From: Zootoca vivipara
Taxonomy: Eukaryota
DNA: 64,000 nucleotides
NCBI RefSeq assembly: GCF_963506605.1
Contig: NC_083292.1
Span: forward strand, 1,364,001-1,428,000
Direction of reading: 5' to 3'
In this document: positions 25,359 to 38,900 of the stretch, in pieces
How the letters are laid out: the number at the start of each line of letters is the position of its first letter
Position numbering within the stretch: the stretch's first letter is position 1
The notes under the pieces: generated by a model
What the model was told of the DNA's origin: nothing
The model's input: only the letters and a program-made list of their open reading frames with translations
Databases searched by the model: none
Made by a program: the position numbers and the translations under genes

Positions 25359-26908
25359 CTTCACAGTATTACCTAGGATGAGTGGTTCCCATCTGAATGT
25401 TTGATAGGCAACTCAAAGCAATGAGGCCACAGTGCAGTGCATCCTTTGGCATGACATGGAAGAGAATGGGCATGGATCCCTGCTCCTCAACCTGTGGAAA
25501 ACATCTCACTGCTCCATTGTCAAGATGCTCTCCGATAAACACTTGAGTGCAGAGACCCTGCTTTGGATGAGGCCATACTTAGGAGCTGCCAAATTTAACC
25601 CTGCTTATGTCTGGGAAATACATGTTATGTGTTGTTTTGAGCTCCCAAGTTTATAAATCAAAATAAATGTGTGGCCTCTGGGTACACTTCAGTTTAGAAT
25701 TTTAAAGAAATGAGGTTAGGCTAGATGGTGATATGCTGTCTTTATTTGGTGAGGGCTGAGTTGGTCTAAGACTATTCTGTGAGATGCAGCACAGGGGAAG
25801 ACAGAGAGTGATACAAACTAGGTGAGGCTTGTAGAAGAGTTCTGAGGAAACCACATCTTATGGCACTTTAGCATCTTAATGCTTAGCATGTCCAGTTCTG
25901 AATGTTTCCTAGAAGGGGGGACACTCCAACTTGCATGGTTCAAGGGAGCCCCAACACCTGGAGAGTCGAAGGTTCCTCTTTCTAGTTTAGTGCAAAGTGG
26001 AGCTCTAGAAGGACACTTATGAGCAATTGGTACACAGTCCACTAAGAAGAGCTTTGCAGCTGGACCATTGCTGGTGGAGACCCATTGACTTCTGCATCCT
26101 TTTCCTTGTAGTAGCCAACCAGCCAACCAGATCTGTCCCCACCCCCCTTGACAGCCCACCAGCAGGAAGGGGCATGAAAACAGTGGCCCTTCTCTGGCAA
26201 CTAATGCCTCATCTTCGCTCAGTGTGTTTAATCCCTTTTTAAAATGTATGTGCTGTTGCATAAGTAGCAGGATGGACACTGTACAGGGCAGAGACTGATG
26301 TAGAATTCTGCTTTCCCTTGCAATCCTTTCCCCCAAGGTTCCTTAGTTTATGAAGTACCTTGCATACATGTTTCAAGGGACTTTACAACAGTACAACATA
26401 AACAACTAAAGGTAGTTTTTTAAAAGTACCAGAAAAGTTACATTGAAGGAAATGTAAAGGGTGAGGTCTCTGTTTATTCTTCCCTGGACACCATTCCTTC
26501 CCCCCCCCTCCTCCAAATACTCCGTCACAAAAGATGCCCACTGGGTATCTCAGCCCCCGAGATGCTTTCCTTGCTGAGCTGGTCACCTTTCGTTTGGTTG
26601 TCCTACCTTGATTTTTCCAGGCTGCATCTCACAGCTTTGTGGCTCAGCAGTAAAGACAGTCACTTAGATGAACAGCTGACTTTATTGAACTGAGTCCTTG
26701 TGCAGGATACAAAATGTGTTTAAGGAGGGACAGGGTGGGGGAGAAAAAGCCCTGGCAGCAAGAACAGCCTACTTCTCTCTAGTCAGCCGGGGGGGGGGGC
26801 GTTGCTAGTGTTGGGGAGCAACGGTTGGCCTGCTAGCAGAGTCGGTTGGCGTGAGCGTTCCCTGGCACAGCTGGCAAGGTCCTGCACCTCACGGCTATGT
26901 TCCACCCT

Positions 26909-29900
26909 TTAGAACTCATTGCTAAGATGTTGTCTCTCACACAGTTCTCCCTCTTGTTCCTTGGTTCTGCCAAAGTTGAGCTTGTGGAACTCTCTCTTAA
27001 TTTCCAGGAAGGTTTTGTTCTTTGTCTCAGGAATAACAAAGGAGATGAAAATGACAACCAAGCAGCATTCTAGCAAAAACACAATGAAGCAGTACTGCTT
27101 GAGACCTTTCTGGAAGAAGGAAAAAGAAAGAGCATGTCAAAGGGGGGGGGAGAGATGACACTTTCTGTGCCCCTCCAGGCACTGCTGGATGGCTCAGCCT
27201 TCTCCATGAATTTCTCTCTCAATGGCTACAAGTTACCTCCATCATCCGCTGCTGTAAATCACTAGTGGGGAGAGCGCCATTGTATTTGGGCCCTGCTTGC
27301 AGCCTTCCCCAAAGAGGTTGCATCTGGCTGGACACTGTGAGAACAGGATGCTGTGCTAGAGGGGACTCCTTTGGCCTGATCCAGCATGCCTCAAAAGGAG
27401 ACCCTGGACCATGAACAACACCCCAACCCCCACCTGGAGTGGCTTTATCTGCTCAAGCTGTTCATTTGAATTCTTTCATCCACTATCCCTGGCTAGAAAT
27501 CTCTCCTGCATAGTGAACTGGAATCATTGTGCATCTTAGAAATTCTAGGAATTTTAATTAGATGTATTTATGCATTTTTTCCCTTTTCTTGGGGAGGCAG
27601 GTTCTAACTAGAGTTCATTAAAGGCTTAGAAAACATGATCTAAATGCATTTCTGGGGTGAACAGGCTGTTTTACTGGCAGCTGTTTCTGCACATTCATGT
27701 ACTTCTCAGCTCCCTTTGCAGGGGGTGAGGGTTACTTCTAAAGGTATTAAGAGTTGGAAAAGAATTGGTGAAGATTTGTCCCTCGTGCATGAGGCACCTC
27801 CCTGATTCAAGGGCTGCTCATCATACAGAATTGCCTCCAACTGCACTAAGAGGTGAACCGTCTTTCTCGGGCTTTACTGAAAAGGGGTAGCCATGGGTGC
27901 TGCTGAGAGAGCCCAGCCAGGGTTTGGTGCTGTCTCATTAGGGGCCAGCTTCAGTTCATTTTGCATGGGTGTCAAGTAGTGGGGATGATGACGACAATAG
28001 AGAAGGGTGCTCTCTGGGGTTCCCTCTATTTTATATCAACATTTATGAGCCCCTTTTTTGAAGTGAAAGTGGACAAAAGCCCAGCTAATAAAATAATAAT
28101 AAAAGAACAAATGTCAAATGCAAAAACCAGGGCAATGGGCACAGCAGCGCCATCTCCTGATGAGTCCCCCTGAGTGGTGTCTCTTGCAGGAACAGCCAGG
28201 GGAGGTCGGGTGGCTACAAGCTGCCAGTTTACCTACCACAATGAAGGGGAAGAGCATCCCGATAGTGAAGAAGCTGAGCCAGCTCACCGAGCCTGCAATC
28301 ATGTAAGCAGCTGGGCGCGAAGACTGGGTGAATAATTCTGTGGTCAAAGTGTTCGTCACCCCACCTGCAAACCAATTTTCAAAAAAGACGGTGCTATGCT
28401 GGGGGAGTATTTCAAGAAACAGAAAATGAAACTCTTTCCCTTCCTAGATTAGGAAGCCATTTGCATGTCTTTGAGGGGGAGGCTAGCGGCTAGGTTTTGT
28501 TGGAATCTGGCTACAGAACCATAGGCTAAGAACAAATGAGCAGTTGTGGCAACTCCCTCTTCTTTTAAAGCATGGCAGCTATTGTCATCCTTGGGTCTAC
28601 GGAGGGAAGGCAAGTCAGTACAGAATAGTACCTAGTATCTGATGCCCAGAAAATGGAGAGAATGCACCTAATAACTCCACCTCTTGAGCTAGGATGTTAT
28701 GTTCCCATCCCCTTCATGCCTGCCCTGAGCTTCTGGGATAATTAGCATAGGCAAAGGAAGTCGTGTCTGCCTAATTCAATGGTGCTTCATCTTGATGAAC
28801 AGTTGATGGGAAATGCAAGTGGGAAAGGGTTGTTGTCCTCATGTCCTGCTTGTGGGCTTCCCGGAAGAGGCAGCCAGCTGGCCACCATGGGAACAGGAGG
28901 CTTTGTCCAGCAACCTGGTTCTTCTTGGGGACTTGGGATGCCTCCATGCATTTCCTGCACTTGCCTTCAGCAGGTGGGCTTTTGCAGCACCTTCAAGCAG
29001 CCTACTTAGCTTTTGCAGCATCCTGTTGGTGGCCATCGCTCTGCCTGTTGGTAAAACTGTGGGCTCCAAAAATTCCCAACTTAAACTCCAGCAACTGGTA
29101 GTTGAAGGCGCACGCAGTGTCTGCCCCAAATTTATCACTGGGAAGAGGTACCTGGTCCAAGACCAAAACTCAAGATGAAGGCAAATATGCAGGCCATGCT
29201 CAGGTAGGGCGCCCACGAGTACACCTGGGGAAGAGAGAGCACATGGGAAGGCTTGGCACTGGCTGCAGCCACCATGCCCCTCCCTCATGTAAGCACCCTG
29301 AAGGGGATCAGGGCCAAGCCATGGTGGGAATCCAATAGCAGAGGGGCCAAGTGCAGCACGCTGTCTCTCCTGGCTTCCCTCCTGCTGCGCGGAAGACTCC
29401 TGAGACCTGCTGGCCTTCAGCGACGCCTCTCATGGTGCCTTGCTCATCAAGAGTCAGCACCCATACACACCACATGAGCAGGCATCATGTTGAAAAGCTG
29501 CATTGCAGCTGGCCCACATGCTCCGAACAAGATTACCCAGCCTACCTGGTACGTCAGGGAAAAGGTCAGCACTATGCACCAAAAGGTCATCAGGGAGTAG
29601 CCTCCCAGGATCAGGACCCTTCTTCCCATAGACTCAATGAGCAAGCCCTGCGAAAAGACGAGGAAAGCATTCACTCAGCAGCAAGGAGGAGTCCCTTTCT
29701 TGCCTCAGAAATTCAGATGGGCGCAATTGGAACACTCATCACTTACGCAGGTGAGAGCAGTGAGGCACTCACAAGCCCCAGTGCCAAGGGTCACGTAAGG
29801 AATGTTTTCTCGGGGAATCCCAGCTTCCTCAAATACATAACTTGCATAGAAGTAAATCTGTGAGAAAATACCAAAAACAATGCATGGGAGGCAAATCACC

Positions 29901-32900
29901 AGGCAAAGCAGGCACAGCCCAGGCAATGTGGCCTGTGCAGAGTTAATTTGGGTACGTATCTTACCTGAAAAAGCGGCTAAGAAAAGGAAAAAAAGCTGCT
30001 TAATGTTGCCGCCTTCTAAAAACTGGCATGCATAACTTGCCCACTACGGGGGCCTGGAAGCTCTGCATTCTTCCCTGGGAGGGTCATCCTCCAATCTTCA
30101 CAGGAAATTGAGCTGGCTGTGAAAGGGCTGGTCAAGAGTGCCACCAGCCATGCCCTCACTGCTGAGGTCCAGTGCAAGGGAGAGCACATGGAGGGGGACA
30201 GTGTGTGTGTGTGCGCGCGCATGTTTTGTTTGAGAGTGGGGTAGGGACGGGCCTGGCTGACATTAGCTTTACTCTTCATAGACAACTGGACCGGGCAAAG
30301 TTCAGTTTAAACAGCAGATCAGCCAGCCAGCTTGGGTATGTAAAATGGACATGAAACTGGCAGATAAACAACTCCACTCTGGTTCTAACAGTTGCTTTGG
30401 AACAAAGGATGGGTTGGAGTTTCTCTCATAATGAGTGACATTCAGACACTTCCCTGTCACCCCAGTTCCTAAAAAGGCTTACATTTTACCCCCTTCCCAG
30501 TCCACCTTTGAGCCCAATGCACATTTCCCTGTTTGTGCTAACAATGGGAAGAAATGTCCTCTCACATGTGTGCCCTTTGTTTGGACACATCTTTTTTTTT
30601 TTTAATATAATTTTTATTAGATTTTAACAAGAAATACAAGAAAAAAGAAAAAGGCACAAAAAAGAAAAATACATTAAAAAAAACCGACCAAAAACAAAAA
30701 CAAAAAAAAAAGACAAAAACCGATTCAGACTTCCTCATTTCCCCTTCTTGAGTTCTTATTGTTAAAAATAGTTCTCGCATTTTCCCATTCTAACTTCACA
30801 TTCTTTTTTCTAAATTTCAACTTTTTCATCTTTTTCATTGCTATTATCCATTCTCCTTGTACTTTAACCTCTTTTCTCTTAACATCCTCTCTCCAAAATT
30901 ATTATTATCTAATCCCTAGTCTCTTTCCCTTACCCAAAAATATATAAGATTCACATCCTAATTTATTACCCATTTACTTCCACCCACACAACAAAGTTCC
31001 CACCCCCCCTTCCCTGGAATCGAAGTCTCCAGATGAATCAGCCAGGTTCCTCATACAATCCTTAATACATTCCGAGATCAGACCATATTATTTCAGACAA
31101 TACCAGATAATCCAGAACCCCTCAACCCACCCCTAACCTGTCCCATACCAACTTTTGCCGAACTCTTACCCCCCCCCCTTCTGTAATCCCATCACTTTGT
31201 ATCTTTGCACCTTTTCATCCTCTTTCTGCCCCCCAACTGTTTGTGTCCTCCCCTCTCTCACCGGGGCGCTGATTTTCCCAACCTTTTTTTTGGGGTGCTT
31301 TTTTGCTTTAACCCTCTCCTGTTTCACTTCTCTCACCAGTGAAACAGTGTTTTCTCCTACTTTCCCTCCCTGTTCCACCCCTCCCACCAGTAGAACAGTG
31401 TTCTTTTCAGGAAATAAATCCATTGGTTCAGCATATTGTCCTTCAGTATTATCTTTCTCCTCTTCTATGTTTTTTACATACGTCACTCCAGCACAGTCCT
31501 GGTCTTCCAATCTTTTTTCTTCTCCCTTCTCCTGATCTTCTATTTCTGTTGGATCCTGTGTTTTACAGTCAAAAACAAATGTCTCGACAGCCTCTTCTCT
31601 CAGAAAGTTTACATCAAGCTTGGAGATGCTCACTTGCTTAGTAAGATCCAAAATTGTTGCCAATATTAAGTCCCACTGTGTGACTTCCTGTCCACTCTCT
31701 GGAACCTTCTCTCCTATTCCTTTGTCTAAAACCTCCTCCATCTTTGTACAGACAGGCCGTGGAGTTGAAATTTTAGTCCAATATATATAAAAAGTGAACA
31801 AATAGGCAAAAAGCCAAAAATCCAGTCCCACTTGGTCAGAATCTCTCTCTTTACTCCTTCTTTTCCTCAGAGTCAATACTGAGCAGCCTCAAGGCAAAAC
31901 AAGTCCTCTTTCACTGTTTACAGCTCTCAGTCTCTCACATTCAGCCAGACACATTCCTTTGTATTGTGACGTTAATCAGCAGACTGACTGATCTTTCCTT
32001 TGACCCGACTCCAGGCTCGCAGGGGGCTTTTCTCATGCTGGATCTCAGTCTTTTGCAGAGATAAATACACCGCTTACTTTTTCCTTTACTCTGCCTCAGG
32101 AAAAAGCTCTTTTTACAGCATTTCTGGGTTTTCTAGCTTGCTGCGATCTTTAGTTACTCAATCGGGGGGGGGGGAGATGACTTCCCTTTTTAATCTCCGC
32201 CTCCCACTGCCAAATTCTTGTTTCAAATTGATTGGTTTCAACTTACTTCGTCCAGATCGTAACTTTTTCAGGAAGAATCCACCGCCTGCAGGTTGGAGGC
32301 TCAGAGCTTCGCTTCTTGGAGGTAACGATGGTATGCCTAAAATGGCTCCCGCGACTGCCACTCGGCTGGCTCTCAGGGGCTCTTGTGGGCTTCCTGGGCA
32401 GCTGAGGAGTCGCTTCTGGAGCTCCGCCAGGCAAAATTTGCCCCCTGGACGCTCAACCAGGGGTATTTACGGGGATCCGCGTGCCCCCGCGGATTTCCCC
32501 CCCCTCCGCGATGCCAGAAACCTCGCAGCGCGAGGTTTCTGCGCCTCCATTTTCCAGCGCGGCAGACCGGAAGTTGTTTGGACACATCTACACTGAGCCA
32601 GTTCCGCACCACCTTCAGTCTCTCAGCTCCCAGCCAAGGGATCCTGGGAACTGTAGTTCTATCAGAGAACAGAGCACCTAACCGTACTCAGCATTTCCTC
32701 AAGGTGACAGCTCCCAGAATCTCTTGGAGAAGTCCCAGCAGCTAAGCCGTTTCCAAGTTGGTTGAGGTTTGTTTGGAGTGTAAATGCATGTCCTTGCATG
32801 GCAGAGGGGAAACTAGGCAGCAGGCAAAAGAGTGATGCCTAATGAAGAGGGGAATGGCTCAGTCCTGGTACTCACCGCATTGATCCCACTGAGCTGCTGG

Positions 32901-35900
32901 CCCATTGGCAAGAGGATGATGGTGATGAGCTGCCATCGGATGCTGCGGTCAGTGAAGAGTTGCCAGGGTTTCTTGGCTGCCTCACCACCAAGTGCAAAGC
33001 GTTCCTTCTGAATGTCCTCCATTTCTGCCTGGTAGTTCAAAGGGCCATGGAACCGTTTCATTGCTGGGAAGGATGGAGGAGAGCTTTTAGGGCCCAAGTG
33101 GGCCTTTGAGTGCAGGAGATATTCGTGAGGCCACCAAGAGCTGTTGCAGCTCAAGAGAGAGACGGCAAGGGGCCTTGCAGTTTGGACCATAGAAGCCACC
33201 TTCCCAACCACCCAATCGGAGAGGAATCGGGCTGGCTACTTCACAGGTGCATCTGGACTGGGCACAATCTAGCTTGCCCAGGGCCCCACACTGAGTCCTT
33301 GGACACACAACTCTTTGGAGCAGAAGGAAACAGCCAGCAGTGGCTTGGGTGTGAAACACAGAGCAGTCAAATACAACATTCCTAGGGTGGGCATAAAAAG
33401 GGGGTGTCTGGACCAGCCAGTTGGAACTTCCTGTTTTCTCCTGGGCTGAGACAAACTTCCTCTACATGTGACCAGAGGTGGGCGTGACCTCACCTGTGCA
33501 GGTAACAAAATAACACCGGGGAGGCAGCCATCTCTCTCTCTGACTCTATTCCTCAAAGAAGCAACATCTCCTTAGCCTGAGATGACAAGAGATGACAAAG
33601 GAACTACAGTATCTCCTTATGGGATAGATTCCACGTGTATATATTTTATAACCTAGGTCTGCCTTCTGGGATCCTTCTGTGAACAGAATGTGTGTAAACT
33701 ATTTTATATAATTTTATACAAGACTGTGTCGTGTCTATTCTTTTAAGAGGGAATAAAGGGGAATTACCAGGAAACTTATTTTAGAGGGTTATGCAAGCCT
33801 GGCAAAGACGTTATCCGCTGTGCAATTTTTTAAAAAAATGGGAATGTTACTCTGCTAAATTATAGAACTTGTTAAACAATATATCCTCTCCTGCCTCCCT
33901 GAACATTCCCACATGGTTAAGAGCCTCTCCGGGGTGGTAAGTGATCTTTTGAGGAGCAGGGAGTCTGAGGCTGAGAGCAAGGGGGGGTGGGGGAAGCAAG
34001 GAGCAGTGCTCCTTCTGCAGCTGCCCTTGCTATGGATGCTGAAGGGCAGACTTCACCTTTGATGCTTTTCATCTCATCCCCTTGGTCAATGAAGAGAAAC
34101 CGGGGACTTTCTGGAAACCAGGGTAGGGTCAAGAGTTGGATGAAGGCTGGGAAGCAGCTGCTTGAGAGCAGTAAATGCCAGTAGGCCTCTCCGCCAAGTA
34201 ACTCCCTGCAGGAAGAACAGACAATGCTGAGACAAGGGGCTGCCAGCTCCATTCTGATCCTGGGACAACAAGCCAGGCCAAAGCTGAGCAGCCCTTTCTG
34301 GGTGATGGGGCCCCAGCACTCACCTTAAGCCAATCACCTGTCCTGTTAGAATCCCCCCTGTCAGGAAGATGGAGCTGCCCATGACCATCGCGCCTCGCAG
34401 ATGCTTAGGGGCAGCCTCGCCTATGTAGAGAGGCTGCACACAGAGTCCAATGCCTGGAAATGGAAGAGGAAATCAGTGGCCCCCCTTCTTCATTGCAGGA
34501 TCCACACACAGGGGACCCTCGGGGCCTGCAGGTGGCCTTTCTACTCATCCCTCCTTTCATTCTAGGTTGCTAGTGGTGTCACAGGGTGTTCAGCCTCAAC
34601 AACACCACCAGAAACATAAAGCAAAGGTTCACAAAATCCTTTGCAGTAGGATGTGCCCACACAGAGTAAGACCACTAGCTGATCATTGAGGAAGTCACAG
34701 GTGCACAAACATATCCCACATGTGAAGTGAAGACACGAGTCAGAGGGTTGATGCATGTGAGCTGTGCATGTAGCAAGCTGAAGCAAGCTTGGCAGAGCCT
34801 CCTTTTATTAGCACAGATGCACACGTGGAGGAACAGTCTGACCTTTAGGGCTTTTACATCATGAGCTGACACATATGTTTCCTCTGGTATCTGCAAGACT
34901 TGCTCCACCATGCCATGTTCCTACCAAGTGGGAAGACTACTGAGAAAGCCAAAGGTGAGAGTGAGGGCACGGCATGCAGACAGCTACTGCGGCTTTCCTG
35001 GGGGCGGAGGGGTGCCTCACACCCGAAGGTCAGGCTGTGGCCTGCCGGGGGGAAGTGTGCCTCACCTCCAGTGATCAAACCGCAGCCTACCTGCAGGCGG
35101 AGTTGTGCCTCACACCGGCCGTCGAATCCCTACAAGCTACAACATGTGCCCTTAAAGCCCCTGAAATCCCACCAGGTGAATTTTCCCAGGTGCAAAGTTG
35201 AGTTACCTGTGTTTATACCAATCAGAAATCTCCCAACAATCAGCAATTCATACAATCCGGCTGGAAAACTAACTCCCATGAGGATGGCGGCCAGGATGGC
35301 AATAAAGTTGTTCATTAAAAGAGTTCCTTTCCTGCAAAGGAGGAGGGTAACAGGATTGCACTCTTAAGGGACAGATAATTATTTGTCACAGACCCTGACA
35401 GGCTCCTGGACAAAGTTGGCACAGCGTTCAAGGTCCTCCAAGAGAAACAGGCAAATTTAAACATCTTACCTTTCCCCTTTTTTAAGACAACGTCTTATAA
35501 CTTTTTTTCCTCAAAAAAAACACAGTGTGGCTTACTTTCGGTGGGGTGTCTTATTTCTTTTATTACCGGTACGGTTTTTACAGCTCAGGTCAGAGCACTG
35601 CTGGGCTCTATTGAGTGCTTGGTGCTGCAGCAGCCACCGGTTCCAGGTGGCGGGGCGGCAGGTGTCTTTGGCCGGGTCAGGCAGAGGCCGCTGGCTCAGG
35701 CGCTCCGCCCAGCACTGCAGGGCGCTCCAAGCTCCTTGGCCGGGCCAGGCAAGGAAGAAGCAGTGAGCCCAGCGGTGGCGGCAAGCACGGAAGCGGCAGG
35801 GACAGCGGGGGACGAGAAGGCGGAGCGCGGGGATGCAGCCAGCAAGGCGGGAGCGCGATCAGCTGTTAAGCGGAGCTCTTGGAGCGCCACTTCACAGCTG

Positions 35901-38900
35901 ATCACGCTCCTGCAGTGCTGGCCGCATCGAGTGACTCTGTGAGTGGAGGTGCCTGTAGGGGTTGGTTTCTGCGGCACGGAAGCATGGCTTATTTCCGGGG
36001 TATGTCTTATATTTCTCAAATGCTTAAAAATCCTGCCATGGCTTACTTTATGACTACGTATTAAAAAGGGGAAACAGGGTAGATAAGGTGGGTGGAATCC
36101 AAGGGCCTCCTTCCCACTAAAGCACACAATGGAAAGTCACCCCTCTGGAGACTCCCCACCCCGCCCCCAACACTCCTATTTTTGCTGATAGGGTTGTGCT
36201 TGGCTCTGAGTGCTGGAAGATGAGCTGAAAGGCCCACTAAGTCAATGTCCTGGTTATTCTTGGGCAAGTCTCACTCTTTCAGCCCAGCCTCACAGGGTTG
36301 TTAAAGGTCCAGTCACAGACGACTCTGGGGTTGTAACGCTCATATTGCTTTATTGGCCGAGGGAGCTGGCGTACAGCTTCCGGGACATGTGGCCAACATG
36401 ACTAAGCTGCTTCTGACGAAACCAGAGCAGCACACGGAAACACCATTTACCTTCCCGCCGGAGTGGTACCTATTTATCTACTTGCACTTTGACATGCTTC
36501 CAAACTGCTAGGTTGGCAGGAGCAGAGACCAAGCAACGGCAGCTCATCCTGTTGCGGGGATTCGAACTGCCAACCTTCTGATCGGCAAGCCCTAGGCTCT
36601 GTGGTTTAGACCACAGTGCCACCCATGTCTCTTCACAGGGTTGTTATGCAAGTGAAATTAAGTTGGGGGTACGTATGTGGCCTCACTTCTTTCGGATTAA
36701 GCAATGCAAAAAAAGAAAGAAAGCAATACAACCATTTTTCTTCTTATGATAAGAAGCATCCTGCAGAAGAGTGAATCTTAAGCCAGAAGTGTGTGCTCTT
36801 CCATCTTGCTCACCTGCCCAGGTGGATGGCCAGGCTGCCTCCAAGGTGAGCCCCAAAGAGCCCTCCCAGGGAGAAAATGGAAGCAATGGTGGACCAGAGG
36901 AGTGTCAGCATGCTGGAACTGAGCTCTGCCTGGTAACGCCTCTGCCAGGTGTCGTTGAGGAACTTGTGGATGTGCTGGAAGGACAAAGTGGAGAGAGCAT
37001 TCGCCGCTGCTGCCGCCACCACTGCTGCAACAGCCATCTTCTCTTCTCCAGGTGCAGCAAGCCCTTCTGCCTCTTTGCCTTGAGGAGCAAAGGCAGGCCA
37101 AAGCCGAGGAGCCCCCTCTGCATCAACCGCATGGTGGCTGGTTGACCTGATCCCAGGCAGGAATTGATTGTGCCAGGAAAGTGGGGCCTCATGGGTGAGC
37201 AGCCTCCCCTTTGCACAGCCATCTCCTTGCAGCCTGACATGGAGTTATCCAGGGCTTGGCCCATCAAACCCAGAGCCTCCCACCCTGACCGGAAGCATCT
37301 CTTTCCTTGCCCAGCTACACAACAGCCTTTTTGTAGCAAATGCCACAGGAGAGAGAGAGCCAGCCGGGGCCTGGTGAATGCAGAGTTTACTTGAGGGGTT
37401 GCCCTCTCGGCAATTCAGTCTATGGACCTTGAACTCTTACAAGGACCATAGGATGTTCACCTCACATTTGTCAGGAACTGGTACCTGGGCTTTGAGGCTC
37501 CTTGCGTCTTCATATGAGGCAAACACCCAGCTAAAAAATTGCTCCAGCAAACCTGGCAAGAGTAGTTGTGTTCACTTGTTTTTAAAATTTGCTTATTTTA
37601 TTTGTATATTGTTGATAATTGCTTGTATTGTTTGCATGTATACTGCTTAGGCTTTTTAAAAGTAGTTTATAAATTCTTCTAAATAAATTGGCAGGTGCTC
37701 AGGGGTTTTGTGGTTCTTGCCCCCCTCCCACCCTCTAACTCAGGGGTCAGCAAACTTTTTCAGCAGGGGGCCGGTCCACTGTCCCTCAGACCTTGTGGAG
37801 GACCGGACTATATTTTGAAAAAATATATGAACGAATTCCTATGCCCCACAAATAACCCAGAGATGCATTTTAAATAAAAGGACACATTCTACTCATGTAA
37901 AAACATGCTGATTCGTGGACCATCCGTGGGCCGGATTTAGAAGGCGATTGGGCCGCATCCAGCCCCCGGGCCTTAGTTTGGGGACCTCTGCTCTAGCTTA
38001 TGGACTTGGGGCAGGCTGTGGGGCATCTTGTTAGTTTGAAAATGAGATTTACTGTGTGAGGTAGAAACCTTGCAGGGGGTGTACCCTAATAGCAAGAAGC
38101 AGGAAGTAGCAGCAGGAGTCAGGGCATGGACATGCTTACATTTGTTGGTGAACAACTGATCAATGACTTGGCAGAGCTGCTAGGACTTGCTAGGGCAATC
38201 ACACCCAGTGCTCCATTCACTGAGCCACTGCCAGTCTTCAAGGCTGTGGGCACCTTGCCTCTGTCCCTTCTCTATGCAGAGAGGTGGCTCTGTTTCCATG
38301 GCAACAGCTGCCTAACCCTCTTATTGAAGGACAATAAGTCATACAGTGGTACCTCAGGTTACAAACGCTTCAGGTTACAGACTCCACTAACACAGAAATA
38401 GTACCTCAGGTTAAGAACTTTGCTTCAGGATGAGAACAGAAATCGTGCTCCGGCGGCACGGCGGCAACAGGAGGCCCCATTAGCTAAAGTGGTGCTTCAG
38501 GTTAAGAACAGTTTCAAGTTAAGAACGGACCTCCGGAATGAATTAAATTCTTAACCAGAGGTACCACTGTATTCCCATTGCCAGGCCACCATGAAAGCAG
38601 AGAGGCTGGTGAGAGGGAAAGTGGGGCTTGGCTTTCCCATATTCCCAGGGTCAGCAGGGGGCCCCTGGTGCCAATTCCTGCCAATGTCCCCCAGCTATGC
38701 TCCCCACCGCTACACACATGCACTGGTTGTCCTCTAAGAGATGCTGCATTGTCCCACTTAAGAGTCTTGGAGGGGGGAATCCATCTTTCTGAATCCTTGG
38801 TCATGGTGAGACCAAGGGCAGGCCACATTTTCTTCAACAGACCAAAAATTACCGGCATCCTCTGAACTCTCGCCAACAGTGCACCCCTAGGCTCTCAATC

